Below are positions 36,501 through 47,698 of a stretch of DNA of 64,000 nucleotides, piece after piece. A program made the translations under genes and the position numbers. How positions within the stretch are numbered: the first letter of the stretch is position 1; each line of letters opens with the position of its first letter. Origin of the DNA: Vitrella brassicaformis CCMP3155. Lineage: Eukaryota > Protista > Chromerida. The DNA lies in NCBI GenBank assembly GCA_001179505.1, contig CDMY01000255.1, positions 186,001 to 250,000 of the forward strand, in the 5' to 3' direction. The notes under the pieces were generated by a model. That model ran no database searches and had not been told where the DNA came from. It saw only the letters and a list, made by a program, of their open reading frames with translations.

Positions 36501-39500
36501 GCCCTCTCTTGGCACCACAGATGTCCACCCCGTAGCCAGATCAGCAGGCACGACGGGCAAGAACTTCGGCGACACGCTGAGGACCTCAATCTGAGACGGC
36601 ACGAACGTCAAACGGTGGTCTGCGCCGAAGGCCAGCCACTGCTCGGTCACCCCAGCGCGCAGCTGCACCGTCAGCTCGTCGCCAGCAACCACCTGGTCGG
36701 CGGTGTCTCCCGGGGTGTTTGGGGCGCGGGCATGCACTTCCAGCGATGCAGGAAGGGGACACGCCAACTCGCTGCCGTTGGCATGGAGGTGCTGGCAGGG
36801 CATGTCCCTCGTGAAGCCCTCAAGAAAGCCCTTGTCAATGACCTCAACGCTCCGAGACAACCGGACAGCGTAGCTGGTGGATGGGTCGAAGCCGCCAATG
36901 AGACGGATGGACGCGGACTGTCCTGCGACGACGAGGGACGGCCTGATGGCATGGACAGACGGCGGGCGATGATACTCAAGGAACACCGACGGTGTGTTCG
37001 GCAGCCATGATGCCCCGCCGTCCGGTGAGAGTGTTATCGGGACCTGGAAGGACCAGATGGCGGGTGGGCGGGGAGGGGGCAGGGGGGCCGTGGCCGACAT
37101 GGTAGTGCTGTTCAGCACTACTGTGTTCTGCAGCAGCTCGGTACCAGCCTAGAGCACACACCACACACCACACCCACATGCACATGTCATAAATTAAGAG
37201 TGAGCTCTGGTTGCTTATGGCATACCCGGATGCGCAGGTCGTGTATTCGAGAGAAGTCGACACCTTTGATGATCAGTCTCGTCGCTTGCCCCGGCAGCAC
37301 AGCTGCAGGCTCAACCGAAGTGATGACGGGCACCACTACAAGTGGCAGGGTAGCGGAAGGACGTGCAGGGGACTGCAAACAGTTGGTCGACACCCGGACG
37401 TCGACTGCGGCTGAGGCGTCCTCAATGGGGGGCACCACGCATGAGGCCATGAACGGGGAAACCCACCGAAGGCGGGATGTCGAGAGATTCACCGGCCCCG
37501 CTGTCCGGTGCTGCTGGATCTGGCAGCACGCCTCCTCGTGGTTGACAAATCGTGTTCCAGTCAGCGTTAGCGTCACGCTCATGCTCTGAGGGATCGCTCT
37601 TGGCTCCACTCCAGTGACGACAGGGACGGTCGTGAGAGCAAACACACTCGAAGGAGAGCTGAGGGTGAGGACAGTGTCGCCTCTCGTCACGACGAGGTCC
37701 ACAGTCAGCTGCACAGCCGGATAGCTATCAGATGTGATGCTGGCCTCCAGTTGGGATCGCAGCGACCATAGTTTTGTCACCGCATCGGCACACTCAAATG
37801 CATCACCGTCCGCATCCAGCGAGACATCGGTGAAGGCGACGTCGGCGACCGGCCCGTCATGCACCCCATCCGCCACGCCTGTTCGAGATCGGCACCGCAC
37901 CTCTCTCAGCCCGCCATTTGCCGCGGCGAACCGCCACGCCTCAGCCAGCTTGCCATCACCGACCTCTCCCGGGACCACCACCGGATCATTCTGGACGCAT
38001 AGACGAATGTCGGTCGACGGACAGCTGTCGGGGCAGTACTCGTCATCCAACACAACCAATCGGGGCGACACCGCAGTCAGCATCACAAACGGCAAAGTGA
38101 GCAGGTCCATCGACACGAGAGCGGGCCCTCGGGAGAGGTAAGGGCTGTAAACACGGAGCTGCGGCAGTCCCTTCGACGGGAATGAGGGCGGCATCGGGGG
38201 GCTCACGCACAGCAGAGACGACGTGTTGACGACCAGGCCCTCCACTGCCCTCTCCACATACTCGCAGGTCCCCGATGGGCTGTCGAGCGACGGAAACAGG
38301 GCCGTCCAACTGGGCGGGAAGCAGCCAAGACTGGGCAACGTGTACACACACCCATAGCTGGCTCCAGGGTTCAGACCCGACGCGCCAATGAAGACGGGAC
38401 ATGGGAAGTTCTCGGCGCACAGAGGCCGTGGGGCTGAGGCAGCTGGGATGATGGCTGGTGGTTCGAGCACTTGGACATCATGATATGTGTCGATCCATTG
38501 TCCGCTGAGTTGAAGGTAGAGGGATGAAGGGCCGACCGGCAGTGCTGCCGCACTTGACCACAGGCATCCTATCGCCGAAGAGCCAGGCGCGACGGAGTTT
38601 GAGTGCACCACAGCGGGCATGGCGGTGGCGGGGAGGGGGATGACCTCTCCGACAGGACCACTCGTTCCCACCCTGCACCCGCCCAGGTTGCTGCCGAGCT
38701 CCATGGCACCGATCGTCTGCCAGTTCTGCAGGTACACCACCACTCGCACCGACCCAGTCGTCCGGTGCACGACCGAAGGCACCACGCTCTCGATCAGAGG
38801 CACCTCATAGACTCGCACAGTTGCACCAGCGGGCAGTGGGCTGTGGACGAAGGCTGCCGTTACCTCCTCTGCGGGCGTGCTGGGGTCATACTCGTCACCA
38901 CAGGTGAGGAAGAGCTCCATCGGGCCTGACACAAGGCCGCTGGTGACTGGGCAAGACACCACATCAGTCCCTGACGTCAGTGCTGATGCCGTTGACAGGG
39001 ATGCAGTGTCATCTGGCATGGGTGACGCAGCCGTCGTGCCGAGGCCCCCGAAGTGACATCGGCAGGTCAGTCGGTGGACGGGGAAGAGGCCGTCCTTCAC
39101 CGCCAGCTGCATGTCCGGTCCCGGTGCCGACAGGCCGGCGAAGAGCACATAGGGGGACACAGACGCCAGCCGTCCAGGTCGGTAGAGATCCACGGACCCC
39201 ACCACATCTGCGTCGCTGTGCACGGTCCGGCCTCTGTTGGTGCTGCATGGCGTGCTTCCAGAGCAGAGCACAAAGGTGAGTCTGGCCCCGTCGAGTAGCC
39301 TCTCCGCATCAATTTGCTGGATCTGTGGAGGGATGGCAGTGCACCGAACGGCAGTCTCATTGACCCACATCGCCCGAGTGGGCAGGGATGGCGGGAGCGA
39401 GTCGGCGATCACCTCGGCGGTCTTGGAGAGGGACGTGCTGTCGAGCAGCCACCAGCATTGGTGCTGGAATCGAGGGGAGAAGCGACCGCCGCGCACCCAC

Positions 39501-42500
39501 ACGTGCGATGACGAGTACATCGGGATCACTGCGGGCTTGATCGAGAAGGGCCCGGTGGACGCTTCTTCGACGTTGAATGTGAAGGTCCCGAGTGCGATGC
39601 CGAATCGCCTGACCCATTCGTCACAGCTGTCGCCCCCTGCCTCTGTCGGTGGACACGCAAGCGGCATCACCATCAAGCTGACGTCCAAGTCGCCTTCATC
39701 AGGCGGCACCGTGCCGCCAGGCCACACGCATCCCAGCACCGTCTCAAAGTCAGCCACACAAGGCAGCCACTCGGGCGCGGAGGCGCCTGACGGAGCGTAC
39801 GTCGGCCGCTGCACTGCTCCGGTCGTCGTGTGCTGGAATCGACTCCACACAGTCACATTGCTCGTGAAACAACACCCGCGGAAATGAAAGTCCAATCGTT
39901 TGGCCGCCCCATTAGTTGTCTGCAGCTGCACCAGCGACTGAAGGGGGGCGTCAATGAAGATCGGATCAATCGCCTGGAGTATGGCTCGTGTGGGGATCCA
40001 TGGGACAAGCGCCGCTGCGTCAGGCTGGACCGACAGCGCCAGCTGGAAGGTCCCCCGCCGTGCTGCAGAGATGTCGCACCGGCCGTGGGTCGAGTTGAGT
40101 CGATTAGCGAGGGTGATTGAGCCAGGCACCGGGGGCTCGCCTCCATTGGGATCGACAGTGTCGCTGAGTATCCACCCGCAGTGCAGGGGATCTCCCCTCA
40201 GCCAGGGAGTCGACTGTGCGAAGGTGTCGGCAAGATGGAAGACGACCTCAGCGCTGCTGCCGTCGGCGAGGATGACCGGCGGCAGCCACTCCTCCACCTG
40301 CGGGTCGTCGTACAGCCACAGGCTGAGTCCCGTGCTGATGGTCTCGTAGCCGTCTTCGTGGAAGGTGAGCGAGAGAGGGATGGCCTGGAGTAAAAGACAG
40401 ACACATCGTCCAATCAACTTCCACTCTTCTCTCTCTCTTTCTATTTTACCTACCTGGTTGGTGGGCATCGGCCCCGCCGCAGTCGTGTAAATGACGTCGG
40501 ACTCTTTCAGGTTGCACACCACCTCCTCAGCCGATATCATTGTGGCGCCCACCTTCACCGTCATGCCACCCGCATCCAGCAGACACGCCGCGTACACCAC
40601 ACCCACAGGCATGCCTTCACCTGCCACAATGGCTGAATAGCCACCACGCCGTGAGCCGCTGGCAGGGCTGATGGACGTGACGGAGGGCTGCTGGCGCACC
40701 CAAAGCGGCAGCAGACCAGACGACGAGAGGTTCGGGAGCGGCCCATGGATGAGCTCGATCGGTGCCGTCGGCTGTGAGGTGGAGGGGAGAGCGAGGTCCG
40801 TCGCAAAGTCGCCTGCAGCAGCAGGTGAGGCCAGGCCGAGGTAGAGACGTGCCGGCGTGCCGCTCTCGATGCTGCCCAGAGGAAGGACCGACCGCGGTGG
40901 AAAGGGGCAGAGGACCGCCACTTGGCTTAACACCAACGATCTCGCACGGTAGGCCACACCAGATGCCACCGATGGGGTGTCGAACCACACGCACACGGGG
41001 TCTGACTCAGCCCCGATGGGGAGATTGGCGGCATCGACAAACACCGGTGCAACGCTGCCGTCATCCTCTTGTGCGGAAGTGGGTAGGAAGCGCCATGAAG
41101 GCAGCAGCCTCAGTAGAAGAGTCCCGTCTGCTTTCTCGCGGTAGGCGACCTCAACACCATCAGACGTCAGCCGTCGCCGCACCGGACGAGGGGACTCGGT
41201 GACGAGGTCTTCCACAAACAGCACGTCCCCCCACAAGCCCCGAGAGATGCGCTTCTTGGACAGCGGCGGCAGCGCACAGGTGAAGTTCAGCAGGTGTGAA
41301 GGCCCCACAGGCGACACCTGAGCCGGATACACGTCAATCTTGGCGCCAATAAGGCGGCAGATGGGCGACAATGGCTGCTCGCGAATGTTTGCAACGGACA
41401 CCTCGACTGTGAACCCGCTGTGGCTCCCTGCTGCTGGCATGAGAGACGTCACTTGCGGGGCATCGCCGTATATGAACGCCGTTGCTTCCACGGACTCAAT
41501 GAGGTTCGCGAACACCCTCAGGGGGGTCGAGAAGGGCGTGGCTGTCGCTGTATCAAGAGCAGGGCAGGTGCAGTGGATCTCTGAAGTCGCCACGTACTCC
41601 CCAGCCACAAAATGCGTCCCAAACTGGCAGCCGAGGTGGGGCGCGTAGGTGAATCCGCTTCCCGTGATGCGCACCTCCCAACCACCAGCAGAGCTGCACC
41701 AGTTGGGCTCCACTGCCTGGACGACGGGGCGGCTGACGAGCGTCATGGATGCCTTATTCGATGACAGCCACTGCCGTCCATTGTGAGACACCTGGGGCTG
41801 AAAGGAGTCGCCAACTGCTCCGAGAGTCGTTCCCGACGCCGGGTAGCAAAGAACTGCCGTCCACGAGACCCACAGCGCCACACCCGGCACATCGGCACCA
41901 AAGCGGCATTGGAGTGTCGTCAGGTTGAGGAAGGGGCCGCCGTGGATGGTGACGGGTAGGTTGGTGTCGTAGATAAGATGAGAAGGCGACACACCTGTTA
42001 CACGCGCGTTGAGAGGCGGCAATGTGACCATAAGCGGGGGGTTTGTGAAGACCTCTCCTCTGCCGTCCAGGCTCATATCGACCGTGACAGTGGCCGCCAC
42101 CCCCTCGAACACGCGCCATCCGTTGTCGCTGAGAAGGGGCAACGCCAACAGAGAGCTGTCCGCCGCCACCACAAACGAACACAGGACCTCACCCTGGGAG
42201 ACGACGGTGATGTTGCTGCTAGTCAGCCTCGGCAAGGCATCGGCAAGATAGCCGTCAGGGAGTGACGACAAGAAAACGTCTCCTGGGCGCCAGCTGTCGC
42301 TCATTGGACTCAGGCGACACGTGAACCCCTGGCTGCCGCTCACGGGGGTCGATGCATTGCCGGGCTCCACAGCCACAAGCACGGCCAGAAGGAGAGTGTC
42401 GTCGGGCAGGATCTCGTACTGATGGACACTCAGACCGGTCGCTCGCGGAACATCGACAATGGTGACATCGAATGGGGTGGGGTGAGACTGCTGGCCGTCG

Positions 42501-45500
42501 ATGGACAGGCTTAGAGGAAGAGCCGTGGCAGCGGTGGCGGTGGGCGGGGTGCTGCACATGAGGGTGGTCGTGTTGACGAACAGGGCGGGAAGCCGCCACT
42601 TGCCATCGAACGCGCAAGCCGTGTACGGGGAGGGTGCGAATGACAGACCCGTGAGCATGACGGTCGTCTCAGATGCCGCCTGCACGAGCAACAAGCAAGC
42701 AAAGAAGCAAACAATTTGCAATGAATCGACGACGCCATTCTTTCGTTTGTTCACCGCAATGTTGCGAGGGCGAACTTCAGTCACAACCGGGACGTCGACA
42801 TAGTGGAACCTCAGTCTCACATCCTCGCGCCATGTCCACCCTCCGTCTTCAGACAGCCACACGAAAGCCTCTGTAACGTCGCTGCCCAGCGCAGCCGCAG
42901 CAGGTGCGTCGCATCGCCACATTGTGTCATTCAGACGAACGATCGCCGTCACGTACACATCTGCCTCGGGACCCTCTCTCTCTGCAAGAGGCGGCACGGT
43001 GCGGTCGGTTGCAGTGAAAGCACATCGGAGAGCATCCCCAAGCGAAGCGAGGCCTCTCCCCTCCCACATCAGAATTCGTGTGCCGCCTGTCTTCGGTCCA
43101 TAATGTGGCGAATAGGCCACTTCACCGGTCGGCCGTGAGATCCCGAGGGCACCGGCGTGGTAGCCAGCTGAGGGCCACACAACGGGAACGGCCCTCCACA
43201 CATCAGTCGTCATAAAGGTGGCATTGCTGACGGTCTCGTCGAATGCGTGGGTGGGATCGTCGCAGGTGACTCCAGCATGGAATCGGTGCCCTCCCTCCCC
43301 GCCACTGGCGATGGGCACTCCAGTGGTCATGTCGCCGAATGAGCATGTGATGGACGTCAGCCCGCCTGCCGGTGTCCTCTCTTCCGACGAAGTGCCCATT
43401 GTCACAATTCCACCCACATTCGTGACGTCTCCACGCTGCATCAGCGACTGCGCATTCGGGACGTCGGCACTGACCAGCACGCACAGAGGAGACACACAGG
43501 TCAGTTCATCGCTCGCTGGTGGGTCCAGGACGAAGGTGGTGCTGTATGACGACCGGTAAGACGCCGCACTGGGCCCATCAGCCCTCATAAGACGCCCCCC
43601 TGCCGGCAGAGCTGGAACAACCGTCGCTGGCTCAAGTAGTACATCGAGCTTCAGTGCATTGCTGGCGGGATGGGGCGGGTCGTCGGAATAGACTTCCACA
43701 TCCCACTGGGACGGCCGGGTGGTCGACAGCACGACGGACGGCAGCTCACACACGAGAGTGTGGTAGTGCACCGACAGGGCTAGAACAGAGGCGCTGGTGG
43801 CCGCCGTAGTGGTGAGAGTGAACTTGCAGCGCCATGGTACCGACAGAGGAAACGCCGCACCAGAGACCTCTATGCGCGCCGGGACCGAAGTTGCGGCAGC
43901 TGCACGGATGGTTCGGGGCTTCAAGGCCACGATGTAAGCCGCCATCCCCCCTCCCGTCCCCCCAAGTCCGCCCAGCCACCGCACCGAATGTTCAAACGTG
44001 TCAGAAACGACAGTTGTCGTCGCAGTTTGAGGCCCCACTCCTCTGAGCACCGTCCCTGGCTGGCCGGCCGACCATGCGAGCAGGACTGGCAGACGCGCGG
44101 AAGATTTGAGAGCGGCCGACGCTTGGCCCGTCCGCCATGCGATGGGGATGGGGCAGCGGACGGTCGTGTCGCTCTCGACGGTTGCGTGCTGCCACTCCGG
44201 TGCTGGGTCGGTCCACGCGAAGCCGATGATGCACCACGCGGCTGCCCCAATGGTGGTGGGGAAGTTCTGGCCGGTGATGGCGATGTGACTCGTTCCTTCA
44301 CCGATAGCAGGAGGCGACACACCGTCAGCGAGAGGCCGCGGCAGCACCGTCTGCTGGGGACCCACAGGCGCCGTCACGTCAGTAGTGGCCACGTGGGTCG
44401 CGATGACGAGTGACGCAGGCGAGAGGACCACCCGCAGATCACCGGTGTGTGTCCATGCGGGCGGCAGCCGCTGCAGGCACCGATAAGTGCCATCGCCCTG
44501 CAGCCATGCCAGCGATGGGGCCGGCTGGGATGATGGGATGGCCGTCGGATCATCGTGTGCGGGCGATGACTGATTGTTTGCGAGCAGCCAGCAGATGGAG
44601 GGGTTGGTGAGGCCCGTCGCCGTGACCGGGATGGGGATGTTGGTGGCCTCCAGCAGCGGTATGGCCAGGGGGGCTGACGTCACTTGCCGCGTGGCAGAGG
44701 CCACAGACACATCCAGAGAACTGTCGGGGTGGGTCAGACCGCCATCGAAGGACACCGTCACCTCCCAATAAGATGAATCTGAATCGTATAATTAATGCAC
44801 ACACATAAGCACATTCACATGCTCTACACGAGGACCCCTATGAGACGTGTGCCCACCTGTGAGCGTGTCGGTCCATGTTGGCACTGTGCACGCGATCCTT
44901 GTCGCACCCTGCCTCCGGGCTACCACGTTGTGTGTCGATGCCGCGCCAGGCATCGACCGAAACCGACACATGACCGTCGTGTACGAGTCGTCATGGGCGT
45001 CTCCCCCCTTGCCCATCGACGGCAGAGAAGTCACCATCACATCTGGCGAAACGAAGAACGACAAAGACCAGAATCGTACCCACGTGGATCACTGTGCATG
45101 CCGTCTGTATACACCTTACCGATTGTGTCTCCGCCGGCTGCAGCCACGGTCAGAGGCGTCACAGCGATGTTGCGGGCTGAGGGAAGCCCTTGACGGTGAG
45201 GCGAAGACAATGACGCCACAGAGGGGACCCTAAACAGGACACCGCACACACACGGATGCATGCGTGTGACAATCTACACGTGGTGTCACGTCGTACCAGA
45301 CGTCGGGTTTGAGCATTGCGACCAGTACACACACGGGGGAGCGAGGCGGACACTGACCCCCGGCGACCAAAACCTGACACAAACACACAGTCGACGCAGC
45401 GAATCCATGTACTCCCGGTGCCGTGCTCTATCTATGTCGACACCTCTGCATCTCCCGTGCGCGGGTCGACAATGGCCATGGCGGGCGATTCCACATACAT

Positions 45501-47563
45501 CTGCGATGCGGTCCCTGTCAGGGGCTCAAAACATGACGAAGCCGGCGGGGGGCACGACAGCCTCGTGGCGTTGACCACACTGCCCACGGTCCAGCACTCC
45601 TCTCGATGGCTCCACCGGCACTGGAGTGTAGCGGCACGTGGCGGAGTATCGGCTGCAGAAACCAGACCACGAATCTGCATTTGATGCCCTTTTGCCTGGT
45701 GGTTGTCTCGTCAGCTACCCACCTTGGTATATGGCCATGATGTCGCCGATCTTGTCGAATCCCTCCCCCACCAGTGCGATGGGATAGCTATGTACAGGCA
45801 CCCACCCACCCCCACTGCCGCCCTCCTCCATTATCAACACCGAGGGCCGCAGCTCCGACACTGTCAGGTCGCCTCCCAATATCAACACACGCGACCTCTC
45901 CGGGCTGCCCCAGGCACTGCTCCAGTGCTGCCCGCCGTCCAGAGACACCGATACCTCATGCAGACCGCCGTACGAAGAGCTCGATAGCGTGACACTCGTG
46001 TCGCCTTCAACTTCGCACAGGACCTCCACAGTTGCAGCTGTCAGACCCTGTGAGCGATCAAGTGTCGACAGGCCGCCGGCAACAACTAGTTCTGTCCCCA
46101 CCCGACACTTGACATTCCTTGCTGCCCGAGCCAGTGACATGGCCGGCCCCTCAGCGCCGACCCAAGGGAATAGCTCGCCCACTGTCTCCTTCACCTTCAC
46201 TCGCAGAACGGCCGCCCCGCCCCTCTGTGTCCGCCGAGCCAGATGCGCAAAGGAGGGCGGCATAATGAGCCACCGTGGGTCAACGTGAGTCGTCCTGGGC
46301 GGAGAGTCGACCACCGGCAGCTTCCTTGGCGCCATGACAAAGGGCCCTGCCTCAGCGAGAGCCACACCCACATCATGCTGCCCAACCGGGAGAGTGGTGG
46401 GTGTGCGGCATAGCACTGCAGAGTCGTTGGCGTAGGTGGGCGTGACGGCGCCATGGCCCTCGAACCAGCAAAAGGATGAAGCAGGGATGGGAAACGCGCC
46501 CGTGACGGTCAGCAGTGAGGATGTGGACACGTAGAGGAGCGATGGGCGGAAGGAGTGGACCACCACGGGTGTGTGAGCTAGCAGCGGAAGGAAGGATGTG
46601 CGATGGGTGGCGATGAGGTTGCTGGCGGGACCCGTCGAGAAGGCCGCCAGGGACACGTACACCGTGCAGAAGGATGGATGGGAACCAGACAAACAACGGG
46701 GCAGCTGAACAGATACACACGGACGGAGGGATGAGGCTGCTAAACGGATGTTTCCTCCCCCCTCATATCCCGCGTACCGGCGGCACGAGGCACCGAAAGA
46801 CGACACTCGTCACTGCGGTTGCGGTCGCGCTGCGATAGCTGCCCACACGATTTCCCTCGAACTCGCAGCTGACATCCAGACCAAGCAGCGGGAGGCCATT
46901 ATCCACCTTCATATGCACCGTAGCTCCGCCCACCCACGGCACCACCCTCGGCGACACTGCCACCAGGCGAGGCAGAGAGGCCAGTCCAGCCGTCCCCTGG
47001 TCGGTCTGCGCCACATCCACAGTGACAGACTGACCCACCGCGGCCAACAGACGATCAGCATCGACACCGCTGTCATCAGTCGCCGCGTACTCGATGAGGA
47101 TGACATCATAGCCCTCATATGTGTGGCATCTCGTGTAAGTGAGTGTGGCGAGGGCGGCCGACGCACTCGTGAATGGGCCGAAGACCGTCGTCGTGCCGTT
47201 GAGTGCCGTGTCGATAGAGAGGCCAGCCACTGGAGTGACAGTCACATCGCCGTGGAAGGCCCGAACACGGGCGGCCAGATGAGTGGTCCCGCTGCCCTCT
47301 ATGCCCACATTCGTCACCTCTGTGACGCGACAAGAGGACGAAAGCGCCCCGGGGATGCTCAGACACGTCCAGAGAGTGGCACATGCAACCACCAGGATGA
47401 AAGATACATGGCGCCTGCTGCTTGTCGTACATGATGAATCGGATCCACCAGCTACTTCATCAGTGCACACTCCTCTCGTGGTTGCCTCACACGGACATAG
47501 TCTCGCAGAAGCAGGGCAGGCGGGATCAGTTGCATCATCTGCTTCATCTGCTTCGTGCTTCAT
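15551..47563 (-). CDS. Giant multi-pass membrane protein (est. 9,000-9,700 aa): signal segment, about 60 IPT/TIG-like domains, GCC2/GCC3-type Cys repeats, about 10-12 TM helices, cytoplasmic tail
   Basis: Consecutive minus-strand ORFs (266, 363, 2524, 2693, 648, 400, 871, 472 aa and smaller) are joined by canonical GT-AG introns. I checked 44779-44840, 37149-37225, 28966-29040 and 25986-26062. No intervening promoter, terminator or second signal peptide is seen. The last exon reads LMRLWLQKARTSLGRGAPT*, stop at 15551-15553. Confidence 0.8.
21300..24450 (-). other. Cysteine-rich CPxG(Y/F/H)xC repeats (GCC2/GCC3, ephrin-receptor-like) of the giant protein, interrupted by a Cys-poor linker
   Basis: CPGGHYCP, CPPGHHCE, CPSGTYQP, CPPGHVCP, CPGGNYCL, CFQGFFCP, CPLGFYCP, CPAGTFS, CPPGFSCP, CPEGYVCG, CPEGFFCR and CPFGFYCP. 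Confidence 0.85.
24450..47300 (-). other. Tandem IPT/TIG-like Ig-fold array of the giant protein
   Basis: A recurrent unit of about 90-130 aa: (T/S)-S-V-x-P-x-x-G-x-x-x-G-G-T-x-V-x-V-x-G...C-x-F...C-x-(T/S)-P...V-S-x-(N/D)-G, for example TAIEPREGPADGGTVVTVYG, ARVTPPFGTMEGGTVVQVEG and TSISPASGSRRGGYSAIVAG. I counted about 60 units by eye. Confidence 0.8.
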
Positions 47564-47698
47564 CTATCCATCGTGATGCTGGGATGGTTGTTGCACGTCA
47601 GAGATCTGCACCTCCCTCCTGCGCGCCATCTTGCGAGCTTTTTCATCCTCCAAGCTTCCATTCATCACTTTGGCGTAAGGAGAGAAGAAGGTGACGAG
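47564..47698. promoter_or_regulatory. Putative bidirectional promoter (135 bp between the start codons of the giant gene and BBS4)
   Basis: Divergent ATGs at 47563 (-) and 47699 (+). No specific motif identified. Confidence 0.55.

Noticed and set aside
23577-44761. Treating the 2693-, 2524-, 871- and 648-aa ORFs as separate genes
   Set aside because: None has its own signal peptide or credible start, and each boundary is bridged by a 60-80 nt canonical intron.
29028-47434. Many plus-strand ORFs of 60-270 aa antisense to the giant gene
   Set aside because: These are shadow ORFs expected from GC-rich coding sequence, with no motifs or splice support.
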